A DNA stretch of 64,000 nucleotides. Origin: Gemmatimonadaceae bacterium. Lineage in GTDB: Bacteria > Gemmatimonadota > Gemmatimonadetes > Gemmatimonadales > Gemmatimonadaceae. The position numbers and the translations under genes are program-made. Under the pieces are notes generated by a model. That model worked only from the letters and a program-made list of their open reading frames with translations, ran no database searches and had not been told where the DNA came from. Numbering within the stretch: position 1 is the stretch's first letter; each line of letters starts with the position of its first letter. Positions 50,684 to 59,999 of this stretch are shown one piece after another. Where the stretch lies: NCBI GenBank assembly GCA_044224875.1, contig JBGAJQ010000001.1, forward strand, positions 192,001 through 256,000. Direction: 5' to 3'.

Positions 50684-50701
50684 TTAGGCGACCAGCGTGG
50701 A

Positions 50702-51133
50702 CTAGTACGAAAAAAGTTGCTCGCCGATGGTCGCGAAGGAATTCTCATCCACGAGGAGCCCCAGGCGGACGAGATACATCTGGCCGCTGGTCAGTGGGAA
50801 CGGTCCGTAGTCCTGCAGCATGCCGTCGGGGACAACACCGTAGCGAACTGGCGGGGGGAATCGGCCGGTGTCTGCCTTTACGATCCAGTAGACGGTGCCA
50901 CGGTCAGGGCTGGTGACCTCGAGATATGTGGCACCGCACGCGGGCGTCCAGGCGAACGTCGGCGGAAGGCTCTTGCCGACGGTCATCGGGACCTGCGACG
51001 AACAGAGCACTAGCAGCTTTGGCGCCGGCTCGGTGGATTCGCTGCATGCCGCCAGCAGCAACGCCACAGCGGCGCCGGCCAGGCGTCGGGCGATATGGCC
51101 TCGCGTCGTCGAACGTTGTGACCCAGCGATCAT
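50702..51133 (-). CDS. Hypothetical lipoprotein
   Basis: Lipobox LLAAC; start approximate. Confidence 0.6.
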   Translation of the reverse strand: MIAGSQRSTTRGHIARRLAGAAVALLLAACSESTEPAPKLLVLCSSQVPMTVGKSLPPTFAWTPACGATYLEVTSPDRGTVYWIVKADTGRFPPPVRYGVVPDGMLQDYGPFPLTSGQMYLVRLGLLVDENSFATIGEQLFSY

Positions 51134-51179
51134 GGTCACTATGGTATACCCTGGCGACCTGGGCTGGCGGTTAACTGCG

Positions 51180-52880
51180 TCACACCTTGGCGCGTAGCAA
51201 ACGCCGCAGTGCTGGCCAAAAGCGACGGTGCCGCCGAGCGAGGAGGACGAAGGATTGCTCCTGTGCGGATCCCTTGGCGCGCGCGAGGGCCACCAGGTCG
51301 GCCTTGTCCGCCGGCGACCAGTCGTGGATGTTCGGCAGCAGGTCCAACACAGGGGCGAGGCGGAGGAAAGCATCGCGTTCGGCGGATGGCCAGCGCGACA
51401 TGGTACGGACGTTGAGCGCTCTACGCACCCGTTCGACGCAGGCATCGAGGGCATCCGCCCGAGTGAGCGATGGATCCGCGGCAAGTTTCGTGGTCACTGC
51501 TGTGCCACACACCTGCAGGAGGCGTTCGTTCACGAACGTCGTCTCGCGATATGACGGAAGGGTGAGGTACAGGTCCCCGTGCGACATGGTGCGTAACGTG
51601 GTGGGGCTGGAGCGATACGAGCGATCGCGTTGGAGCTGCGCAAATTCCCGCTCCGCAAGCACCGTCTGCGACGGATCGGCGGGCCGGAAACCCATGCGAT
51701 AGTAGAACCAATACGCACCCGACGCGATCGCCTCGGAGTTCCCCTCACCGAACTGATAGCCGTTCACAACGAAACGGCGGACACCGAAGAGTGTCTGGAA
51801 GGCGCGGAGCATCTGAGCCCAGAGGAATGCCGCCTCGGACCCGCGGAACGGATCGAAGACGTTGATTCCGGTGTTCGCCTGGTTCCAGAGTGGGGTGACA
51901 CCGCCGTAGCCGATCGGCACGCCATTCGACATCAGCAGGTATCCGTAGTTCGACTCCAGGCTCATGCGCAGGGCAGGCTGCGTCCCAACGATGGCGAGGG
52001 ACGTGCCTTCTCCCAGGTCCGCCAGCCACACCTCGTCCGCGTTAGGGTTCGAGATGGCGTAGACCTCTCGGCATCGGGCGGTGAGGGCCGTGCGCGCCAC
52101 ATCAATGACGGCGGTCGCGCGCCGGTGCGGGAGCAGGGCGATGGGCTTGAGCGGCGCCGCGATATGGCGTGTGGGGTCGTGGGGCGCTGGCCGCATGCCA
52201 TGTCGGTAGTTTGGAACAACGCTCTCCAGTTCATTGTGAGTGGTGCTTCCACGCGACGCCCCTAACCGCCAGGCCAAGGGGAGCGACTCCATGTCGTACA
52301 TCGCCGCGAAGTTCTGGCGCGTCGCCGACCGCGCCAACCCGCTGGCCACTATCCAGGCGATGTCGGACGTGGCCGTTGCGGGGACCGCCAGCCGCAACCA
52401 TTCCCGTGTGCTCAAATCTCCGGCGTCGAAAGCGTCCTCTTCGGCGCGCGTCAGGAAGGTGCGAAGGAGGGCGTCCAGGTGTGAGGTGTCCTTCAGCGCG
52501 TGCCAGTCCAGGTGCACGTCGCGTGGAAACGCGTGTACCAGCCAGTGCGCAATGGCGAAGGGGAATGTGTGTCGCGAGGTGGAGCTGGCGACGCCGGAGT
52601 CATCCAGGGACTCCCGGGACTTTGCCTGCCGGATCCACCGCTCGGCGCGATGCAATCCCTCGCGCGCCAGGGCGGCAACGCCCGCCGAGTCCGGGAAGGC
52701 GCGAAGGAAGAGGAGGTCGTCGTGGAGCCTAACGATCTCTCGGAGTTTCTGGGGTGGCCGGGCCAGCAGGCGTTGCAGGAACAGCGACTTGGCGTTGGCG
52801 GAATCGGTCGCATACCGGTTTCGCATTTCGTGGAGCGCCTGCGCGTCGCGTCGCCTATGCTGGGCCGATGGGGGTGACAT
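51180..52880 (-). CDS. Conserved-looking hypothetical protein
   Basis: Long ORF with motif-like blocks LHDDLLFLRAFP, NGVPIGYGG, GINVFDPFRG, EAIASGAYWFYYRMGFRP; function not recognised. Confidence 0.7.
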   Translation of the reverse strand: MSPPSAQHRRRDAQALHEMRNRYATDSANAKSLFLQRLLARPPQKLREIVRLHDDLLFLRAFPDSAGVAALAREGLHRAERWIRQAKSRESLDDSGVASSTSRHTFPFAIAHWLVHAFPRDVHLDWHALKDTSHLDALLRTFLTRAEEDAFDAGDLSTREWLRLAVPATATSDIAWIVASGLARSATRQNFAAMYDMESLPLAWRLGASRGSTTHNELESVVPNYRHGMRPAPHDPTRHIAAPLKPIALLPHRRATAVIDVARTALTARCREVYAISNPNADEVWLADLGEGTSLAIVGTQPALRMSLESNYGYLLMSNGVPIGYGGVTPLWNQANTGINVFDPFRGSEAAFLWAQMLRAFQTLFGVRRFVVNGYQFGEGNSEAIASGAYWFYYRMGFRPADPSQTVLAEREFAQLQRDRSYRSSPTTLRTMSHGDLYLTLPSYRETTFVNERLLQVCGTAVTTKLAADPSLTRADALDACVERVRRALNVRTMSRWPSAERDAFLRLAPVLDLLPNIHDWSPADKADLVALARAKGSAQEQSFVLLARRHRRFWPALRRLLRAKV

Positions 52881-53104
52881 GCGCCAGACGTTGTCGTGGT
52901 TGGCGGGGTTCGTTTGTCCGCGAAACCCCGACCGCGTATGGGGAGTCATCCGCCCCTGCATCCGGAGCGGCTTTTACCGATACTATCGGTGGGATCCGGG
53001 TGAAGTGGCGGGGGCCGGTACGGGTGCGAGTCACCGGCGTTTTGATCGCGGGACTGGCCTGACTAGATTTCTTGGCCCGCCGTCCCCCAGACGGACGGGG
53101 TTGA

Positions 53105-53177
53105 TGGGGTGTAGCTTAGCTGGCAGAGCGCCTGACTGTTAATCAGGAGGTCGGTGGTTCGAATCCACCCGCCCCAG
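53105..53177 (+). tRNA. tRNA-Asn(GTT), CCA not encoded
   Basis: Acceptor TGGGGTG/CGCCCCA, anticodon arm CCTGA-CTGTTAA-TCAGG, T arm GGTGG-TTCGAAT-CCACC, discriminator G. Confidence 0.96.
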
Positions 53178-53213
53178 TTTCCGAAGCTGTTGGTTTACAT
53201 AGCTTTGAATGAT

Positions 53214-53246
53214 AAAGAGCCTCGGCCTCACTGGCCGGGCTCTTTT
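53214..53246 (+). terminator. Intrinsic terminator after the tRNA
   Basis: AAAGAGCC(T)CGGCC-TCACT-GGCCGGGCTCTTTT. Confidence 0.65.
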
Positions 53247-53469
53247 CGTAGGAAGCACATAGGAAGCAACCGTCACAGTCCGCAGTATTCGAGGGAGAAT
53301 CCGAATTCTCTAGTCGCGACGATTCCCGAGCAGCCCCCACGAGGGTGCAGAGGTACTCGCACTGCAATCGGCCAATTCTCGAGTGGGCTATCCTGCTATT
53401 TTCAAGTGTTCCGTTTTTCGCTTCAGTCCGGTGCACGATTCAGTCACTGATAGTCGGACTGGTTGACGC

Positions 53470-55911
53470 ATGGAGAGACTTGGAATGACAGTGTCCGGTT
53501 CGCGCGTGCGTGGTCGGGAAACGTCAATTTCCTCACACGATGCTCGCCAGCTTAATGCACAGGGCGCCTCGCTCGTCACGAATTTCTTTCCCGCCCAATT
53601 CAGCACGGACCAAGTGAGTTGCTGGTCAGGCCGCTGGGTTTCAGCGGAAGCGACGGAGGCTTTGGTTGCGGCGCACCCCGGGCTAGAGACGTGGCGCGAT
53701 CCCGACGAGGCTAGCCGTGTCTACGCATGGTTCCGAACTAATCCGACTGGCATGGAATCGGTCACGGGGTTCAAACTCGTGACCGTTACGCACGACGAGG
53801 CGCCACGGCTATTCCAAAGGCTCATGCTGGACGCAGTTCATGCACGTTTGCACGCACTCGGATTTGAGGAAAAAGGCGATGGCTGGGTGAACTACGAGGC
53901 TAAGAACCACCTTGGTGCTATTCCGGCGCTCGCTGGAGTCGCTGGTCGATCGATCGGTATTTACGCCAAGGTGCTCGTCGAAGGCTTCTTCACGAAAACA
54001 GCTGCGGGCACGCTGACTTCTGGGATTATTGTCGACGTTCTTTACACAACACGTATGGAGGTGACGGCAGCGGAGTGGGTGGCCGCAGGGATTGGCGACT
54101 CGTTGTCTGGGCTTTATGTCAAGCTGGTTTCAGGATCGACTGAGGCGACTCGATTTCCGACGTTTGTGGGTCGGGCAATCGGGCAGGTGCAGGGAATTCG
54201 CGGGGACTATTGCGTCCTGGATGACCCTCGGGATCCAGGGCTTTCTGAAGTTTCACTCACCGCGATCGCACCGGAGCCAACTCGCGCGAACCTGGAACGG
54301 TATCTGTTAGCGCGGCACGCACAGGCCTACCAGGATGGGCAGTCCCAGCTTGTGCGGAAGTTGCGCGATGTCGTTCGACCGAAAACGCGCCATCAGTATG
54401 CTGAGGCATTGGTGCTCGAACGACTTCAGGGAAACGGCGCGGAAGCGACTGAGCTCTCCATCCTTCCTGGTCTGACGGTCCGATTTAACAAGATGGCGAG
54501 CATTGGACCGGAGATGTTTCCGGCCGCCAAGCTGAACATGCCAGAGTTCAGCTTCGACGCTGCTGGTAACAAGTTCGCTCGGCGGGTCGATGCCGGTTTA
54601 CAGCAGTATGGACCTTACGACGCGCCACAAATGCGTCGTCGTCAATTCCGATTACTAGTGGTCGCTCCAGCTGAACACAGCGGTGAGGTCAACGTCGCGA
54701 TCAACAAGCTCATTGCGGGCGTAAAGACGCAGCAAAACGTCTTCACGGGTCTGAAGGGGATGTACCGCATAGACAACCTCCAAGTGACCCAAGCCGTTAT
54801 CGAGCCTCGTTTCGGAGCTACGATGAAGGGTTACGCGGAGGCTATTCGTCGCGCGTTAGACGATGCCCCGCCACCTTCGCCAGGAGAATCAAGTTTCCAA
54901 TTGGTCATCACGGTCCTCCGTGAGTCACACCGCAACCTGCCCGACAGTGAGAACCCTTACTACCAAATGAAGGGTCTTGCATTGGTTAGGCAGCACATTC
55001 CAACTCAGGCGATCTTCATCGAGAAGCTTCGTCAGCGCGATTACGACCTTCAGTACATCCTCAACACGATGGCGGTTGCGGTATACGCCAAACTTGGCGG
55101 GACGTCACACGTGTTAAAGGTGACGCCTAACGCGATCAATGGAGATGCACGAACTGAGCTGCTCTTCGGCATCGGCCGCGATGTGCGGAAGACGTCGCGT
55201 TTCCAGACCGGCGAAGAAACTATCGGCTTCGCAACGGTATTCCGTGCAAACGGCGAGTATCTGTACAACGACTGTACTCCCTACTGCATCGGGGGCGACT
55301 ATGAACGAGCCCTCGAGTCCACTATTCGGCGTACGGTCGAGCGAGTCGCTGCGTACGAGCGGCTCGAGGAAGGAGCGAAGGTCCGGCTGATCTTCCACGT
55401 GCCGAGACGGCCTGGCAAACGCGAAGAGCGCGCGATCTTGAACGCAGTTGGAAAGCTACCGAAGTTCGACATCGACTTCGCGCTGGTCCATGTTAACGAC
55501 GATCATCATCTCCAGCTGTTCGACACGGCAAACTCGAATCCACGATCTCGAAACGGGGACGCGCGGCCAGAAGCAGCACTCCTGCCGGCGCGCGGGTGGT
55601 CCGTGGCAATTGGTCCACGCGAGCGATTGGTCACGTTCGTGGGGCTCGACCAGTACAAGGGTAACGGATGTCCGTCGCCCTTGCGGATCACGCTCGACAA
55701 ACGCAGCACGTTCACTGACGTCGACTACCTAACGCAGCAGATGTTCTCGCTTTCATTTATGAGCGTACGGTCGCTGACGCCCGGAATTGCTCCCGTTACC
55801 ATTGCTTACGCTCGGCAGCTCGCACACCTAACTGGGCGACTCCGCTCGGTCGGTCAGTGGACCGTCGAGCTCATTCAAGAACAGCTGGGGCGGAAGCTCT
55901 GGTTCCCATGA
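53470..55911 (+). CDS. Prokaryotic Argonaute, long-B (RsAgo-like), catalytically inactive PIWI
   Basis: LVTNFF N-terminus, GLQQYGPYD, MID NPYYQMK...PTQ...YAKLGG, PIWI ELLFGIG, VRLIFH, STFTDVDYL, PVTIAY, terminal LWFP. Confidence 0.92.
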   Translation: MERLGMTVSGSRVRGRETSISSHDARQLNAQGASLVTNFFPAQFSTDQVSCWSGRWVSAEATEALVAAHPGLETWRDPDEASRVYAWFRTNPTGMESVTGFKLVTVTHDEAPRLFQRLMLDAVHARLHALGFEEKGDGWVNYEAKNHLGAIPALAGVAGRSIGIYAKVLVEGFFTKTAAGTLTSGIIVDVLYTTRMEVTAAEWVAAGIGDSLSGLYVKLVSGSTEATRFPTFVGRAIGQVQGIRGDYCVLDDPRDPGLSEVSLTAIAPEPTRANLERYLLARHAQAYQDGQSQLVRKLRDVVRPKTRHQYAEALVLERLQGNGAEATELSILPGLTVRFNKMASIGPEMFPAAKLNMPEFSFDAAGNKFARRVDAGLQQYGPYDAPQMRRRQFRLLVVAPAEHSGEVNVAINKLIAGVKTQQNVFTGLKGMYRIDNLQVTQAVIEPRFGATMKGYAEAIRRALDDAPPPSPGESSFQLVITVLRESHRNLPDSENPYYQMKGLALVRQHIPTQAIFIEKLRQRDYDLQYILNTMAVAVYAKLGGTSHVLKVTPNAINGDARTELLFGIGRDVRKTSRFQTGEETIGFATVFRANGEYLYNDCTPYCIGGDYERALESTIRRTVERVAAYERLEEGAKVRLIFHVPRRPGKREERAILNAVGKLPKFDIDFALVHVNDDHHLQLFDTANSNPRSRNGDARPEAALLPARGWSVAIGPRERLVTFVGLDQYKGNGCPSPLRITLDKRSTFTDVDYLTQQMFSLSFMSVRSLTPGIAPVTIAYARQLAHLTGRLRSVGQWTVELIQEQLGRKLWFP

Positions 55912-55933
55912 TCGTCAGCTGAGCGACATCGAG

Positions 55934-57220
55934 GTGTCGAAAGACGCTTCCGAACTACTCTTGGGTGCTGGCGATAGGATACCTCTCGCCGCCGCGTTCA
56001 AAGAAGTAGACGAGGCAATAAGCGCAGGTGGCCTCGAAGGGCACCTGGCAGTTCTGATACTCCGTTCGTCACGCGGCGTCGGGCGAGGACCGTGGTCAGA
56101 ATCTCCGTGGGAACCACAAGTCCGTAAATTGCTTGCATCCGAGTCAGTAAAGCCTAACGCGGCGCTTCGAACCCAAGACGTTGCGCTTCTCGGCGTCCGC
56201 CTCGGACTTGGGGGGCATGGTGACGCTCAGATGTTTGAGAGTCTCGCTATCCGTGAACTCGCGCGCACACCAATGCCGCCAGCGGTTCGCGTTCACGACG
56301 ACGAACGGCTCCTGCTCGGGCTGGCAGCCGGGGTTGGTGTTGCCGCAGCCAAGGTTGCCTCGACGCTCGTCGAATTTCTGAAGGGCCGATGGCGCACGAC
56401 CACGTATAAACAGGCCAGTCTGGACATTTGGGCAGAAGCTCTCGCTGGAGGCTCCGCGCGACTGAACGCTTCCCAAGGTAAGCAAGCATACGACCTTCTT
56501 AATGAAGCTCACGGCGTCCGACCATCGCTTACCGACGATGATAGAATCACACTCTTTTGGCTCGCAACGCGGGCCTTGGATTCGCCCTGGTTACCAGATG
56601 ATGAGGCGCTGCGATTGCTTGACTCCGCAGTAACCCAAGGGAGGCGCGCGGCCATACTCATTTCCGGATCGCGACGAGTTTCGCCGATGGACGCTGCTAT
56701 GCTGATTGACGCGATGGCTTGGTCGCCTCAGACCGCTCTTACGACCCGCTCGGCCCTCGAGAACGTGCTAGGCGTCATCGACGCATTTCCCTCGTGCGCG
56801 AGCATTCTGGCAACCAGGCAGAGGAACCGTGCGCCATTCGTCATTTCCGATGAATACGACGTGCAAGATCTGTTTTACGCCCTCGTTAGGCCGACAGTCA
56901 CTGATATTGTTCCCGAGGATACAACCCCGAAACTCGCGGGAAGGTGGAGTCGTCTCGATTTCACCTCGAAAGCGACCCGGCTCGGTTTCGAGGTAAAGCA
57001 TGTAAAAAGCTCAAATCATGCCGGTACTGTCCGCGATGAGGTGCTCGTTGACGAGGCGACTTATCAGGAACACCCCTACATCGACACCGTTGTTGTGTTT
57101 ATTTCCGATCCCGCCGGTCACATCGCGCTAGCTGCGCGGCCCGCGTTCGAACGAGATCTCAGCCAATCGGTCACGGTCCAGGGCCGCACAGTGCGCTACA
57201 TCGTTCGCGTCCGCGGTTGA
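55934..57220 (+). CDS. Helical N-terminal domain plus REase_DpnII-MboI-type PD-(D/E)XK nuclease
   Basis: ISDEYDVQDLF...PEDTTP...SRLDF...GFEVK...Y..HP...VFISDP; 22 nt after the pAgo stop. Confidence 0.8.
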   Translation: MSKDASELLLGAGDRIPLAAAFKEVDEAISAGGLEGHLAVLILRSSRGVGRGPWSESPWEPQVRKLLASESVKPNAALRTQDVALLGVRLGLGGHGDAQMFESLAIRELARTPMPPAVRVHDDERLLLGLAAGVGVAAAKVASTLVEFLKGRWRTTTYKQASLDIWAEALAGGSARLNASQGKQAYDLLNEAHGVRPSLTDDDRITLFWLATRALDSPWLPDDEALRLLDSAVTQGRRAAILISGSRRVSPMDAAMLIDAMAWSPQTALTTRSALENVLGVIDAFPSCASILATRQRNRAPFVISDEYDVQDLFYALVRPTVTDIVPEDTTPKLAGRWSRLDFTSKATRLGFEVKHVKSSNHAGTVRDEVLVDEATYQEHPYIDTVVVFISDPAGHIALAARPAFERDLSQSVTVQGRTVRYIVRVRG

Positions 57221-57292
57221 CCACAATAGGCTCAGGTAGATCCAGTACGGGACAATTTACGGGCGTTTGAGCGACCGTTAGTCTCACTGCAA

Positions 57293-58072
57293 ATGACTGA
57301 ATTCGCGTCTGTGCATAGCTATTCCAGATTTGCTCGCTCAGTTTTTCGCGAACGACGTTTTGTCCGCACAGATGATCAAGAAGCGTTTCTTGCAACAGTT
57401 CGCGAGACCGTTCGACGCGAAACGCTACCTGCTGGGTTCCCACTTTTTCGGGCACAGGTCGGTTGTGATTGGCCAACCGAAGCGGAGGAAGAGACTGGCG
57501 ATTGCTCGCCACGCCCCTACTCCTCGGCGCGCATGATTCCGTTTTCCGACAAGGCCGCGGAGGGCCGCGTCAACCCTCTCGGCATTCCGTGTCTCTACTG
57601 CGCCACGCACTGGAGGACGGCTGTCGCTGAAGTCCGCCCCTGGATCGGCTCTTACGCGACGGTAGTAAGACTCGAGGTGAACCGTCCGCTTGTACTCGCA
57701 AATTGCACCACGGACGACCAAGAGGTCCGGATTCACTTCGACGAGCCAGACGCTGATGAACGAGCGAAGGAATGCTGGCGAGCAATCGACCGTGCCTTTG
57801 CACGCCCCGTGGATCGCAGCGAAAATTTCGCTGATTATGCGCCTACACAGGTCTTGGCCGAGGTATTCCGGTCTATGGGACTCGATGGCGTCGGATATCG
57901 CAGCTCGCTGGGTGAAGGCCACAACATAGCGTTATTCGATCTTGAAGCCGCGACCTTCAAGAGCGGCTTTCTCACCTATGTTCGCGAAATGAAGCTTGAG
58001 CTCGATGATCCATCGAACTCGTATATCGTCATTGACCGTTCGGCAGAGCAGACGGTTAACGATTCCGAGTAG
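57293..58072 (+). CDS. RES-domain protein (NAD+-consuming toxin family)
   Basis: LFRAQ, EGRVNPLGIPCLY, TAVAEVRP, YAPTQ, DGVGYRSS, NIALFD. Confidence 0.88.
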   Translation: MTEFASVHSYSRFARSVFRERRFVRTDDQEAFLATVRETVRRETLPAGFPLFRAQVGCDWPTEAEEETGDCSPRPYSSARMIPFSDKAAEGRVNPLGIPCLYCATHWRTAVAEVRPWIGSYATVVRLEVNRPLVLANCTTDDQEVRIHFDEPDADERAKECWRAIDRAFARPVDRSENFADYAPTQVLAEVFRSMGLDGVGYRSSLGEGHNIALFDLEAATFKSGFLTYVREMKLELDDPSNSYIVIDRSAEQTVNDSE

Positions 58073-58111
58073 CACCGCGCTCGCCGTCCGGCTAGTAGGA
58101 TGCTGACGGTC

Positions 58112-58214
58112 GCCTAACGGATAGCGTAGACCTAATAGGACTCACGCCGAACACGAGGAAGCGAGGGTCAGCGGCGCATTCCATAGCAACCCTTGGCTGC
58201 GACGCGATTTAGGG
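58112..58214 (-). repeat. attC-like site (degenerate left core)
   Basis: Minus strand CCCTAAAtcgcgtcgcagc ... gctatccGTTAGGC, starting 10 nt after the stop of gene 58224. Confidence 0.6.
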
Positions 58215-58223
58215 GGCATTCGC

Positions 58224-59252
58224 TCAGAAGTCCACGGGCACCTTTGCCCCAAAGTATCGAGCTACATCATAGTTCCAGAAAAAGAAAGCTTGCGCCAACC
58301 CGCCGACGAGATCGGGATCTATGGGCCGATCAATGCGAAACAGCTTTACCCGCGTACCGACTTTTCCGGCCTCGCGAACGTGAAGCAGAGCCCGCGCGTT
58401 GAGCGATTCGGGAGTGAAAGTGCGAATGGCACCATCGACGTGAATGATATGGTGATTGGCTTTCTCGTAAACGGCGTGGAAATAGCGTGAGCCTCGTAGT
58501 TCCGTTTCAGCGACCACCGGCAACTCTTCGCACAGAAAATCCACCTCACCGTTGTGAGGCACCCAAGCATACTGTGTGATCAGAGAACGACGGCTCATCT
58601 TGCGCGGTACCCATTCGCCGTGATCGGTGCTTCTGAGCTGGCGAATACGAGCCCAATCGAGGGGCCGGCCGTAGACGGTCGCCTTATAAAACCGGCCTTG
58701 TAACGTGTTCGACGGCCCGTGCAGGAGAGGATCGAGACGAATTCTGACTGATTCAGCGAGGTCGTGTCGCGCAAATTCCTGGAGCAGCCAATAGCCCGCG
58801 TTCGAGCCGGGTACCGGCGGTAGTAAGAAGAAAGTGTGATCGTTGCGAATAAGACCGTCGCCTTCAAGCGTGAACTCGGCGAGCGATACCAGACCTTCTT
58901 TGTCGACGTGAACGCCCTTCAGCGCTGGGTGGTCATACGGTGCGGCTGCCGAGGGATCGGACTTGGCAGTGATCGTAGCCAGCCGCGTCTGCTCAATGGT
59001 CCGGGAGACCACATCGCTGACTATGTAAAGTCGACATTTCCGATCTGTGTCATCGCCCGCGAACACAAACTCTAGGTGGGTACGTGTATCGTGATCGAGT
59101 TCTGCGATGGCCTCCGCGGTGACGGCAGCAAGTGCCGCATGGAGTGCATCTCGGACACTTCCCGCACCTTCGTGGAGCAGATCCTCGATGATCCAGTATG
59201 GCGGATCGTAACTCCGTGCAAACACCTCGAAGAGTTGTCGATCCAGAAGCAT
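58224..59252 (-). CDS. Hypothetical protein, integron-type cassette gene
   Basis: 342-aa ORF bounded by attC-like sites; motif-like RYFHAVY...HVDGAIR, KLFRID. Confidence 0.75.
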   Translation of the reverse strand: MLLDRQLFEVFARSYDPPYWIIEDLLHEGAGSVRDALHAALAAVTAEAIAELDHDTRTHLEFVFAGDDTDRKCRLYIVSDVVSRTIEQTRLATITAKSDPSAAAPYDHPALKGVHVDKEGLVSLAEFTLEGDGLIRNDHTFFLLPPVPGSNAGYWLLQEFARHDLAESVRIRLDPLLHGPSNTLQGRFYKATVYGRPLDWARIRQLRSTDHGEWVPRKMSRRSLITQYAWVPHNGEVDFLCEELPVVAETELRGSRYFHAVYEKANHHIIHVDGAIRTFTPESLNARALLHVREAGKVGTRVKLFRIDRPIDPDLVGGLAQAFFFWNYDVARYFGAKVPVDF

Positions 59253-59266
59253 CGTGATGGCTGGCT

Positions 59267-59308
59267 AGCTAACGGATGGCGTTCTGTCCGCTGCAATGCC
59301 GGTTAGGC
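59267..59308 (-). repeat. attC-like site, short (42 bp, centre probably deleted)
   Basis: Minus strand GCCTAACcggcattgcagcggacagaacgccatccGTTAGCT; the TAA in GCCTAAC is the stop of gene 59303. Confidence 0.75.
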
Positions 59309-59926
59309 ATCGCCGCGCACTTCACTCTCTGTGAGGCCTCGCCAGGCTCGCGTCTCTGCATCGAAAACTAAGGGCAGCACTCCCCAAAGAACTGGACCCA
59401 CAGCAACTAGCTGCGCCAAACGGTCGTCCTTGGACCCGGAGTAGTGACTGGCGAGCAGATCCATCATGGAGTCCACGGCCTGCGAAGGGAGGTTAGCCGA
59501 AGAATCGGTTCGAAAGAAGAACCTTACCCTCTGCTGGCCATCACTGAGTATTGCGATGATCGATACGACCGCGGGAGCACGGCCTGATAACTTCTTTGGA
59601 GAGGACGCCGAAACAATGTAGGTGACTTTCAGCTCCGCGTTTGGTCCGCTTGTCCGCTCTACCATCCTGACTACACGCTTCTTCACTAACGCATACAGGT
59701 CTTTGCCAAGCTCGCCAAGGAACGCATCGAAGAGCTTTCGGGAAAAGGCAAGGACAATCAACGTGGGAATCACCCACTCCATCGCTGCGAAGGGCGATTC
59801 ATCGCGACGATCGTACAAGACTCGTAGACCCGCGCGCTCCAAATCGTGACGCAAATCGTCGGTTAAGTCATCCGGAACAGATTCGGTGACTAAGATGCCT
59901 ACGTCAGGTATCTCGAAGGAATTCAT
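59303..59926 (-). CDS. Hypothetical protein, integron-type cassette gene
   Basis: 207-aa ORF between two attC-like sites; AAMEWVIPTLIVL...FDAFLGELGKDLY hydrophobic segment. Confidence 0.75.
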   Translation of the reverse strand: MNSFEIPDVGILVTESVPDDLTDDLRHDLERAGLRVLYDRRDESPFAAMEWVIPTLIVLAFSRKLFDAFLGELGKDLYALVKKRVVRMVERTSGPNAELKVTYIVSASSPKKLSGRAPAVVSIIAILSDGQQRVRFFFRTDSSANLPSQAVDSMMDLLASHYSGSKDDRLAQLVAVGPVLWGVLPLVFDAETRAWRGLTESEVRGDA

Positions 59927-59941
59927 GCACTCAGTTGCGAT

Positions 59942-59996
59942 GCCTAACGGATGTGTTTAGCTGCGGCTCCGCCGTCTGCTGCAACGCCTGTTAGGC
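59942..59996 (-). repeat. attC site (55 bp)
   Basis: Minus strand GCCTAACaggcgttgcagcagacggcggagccgcagctaaacacatccGTTAGGC, with complementary RYYYAAC/GTTRRRY cores. Confidence 0.85.
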
Positions 59997-59999
59997 GCC

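Noticed and set aside
7130..50690. Isolated GCCTAAC/GTTAGGC heptamers (near 7130, 11448, 20814, 29220, 30464, 31806, 50683) as attC sites
   Set aside because: No paired complementary core or TTGCAGC-type inner box at attC spacing; several simply coincide with stop codons.
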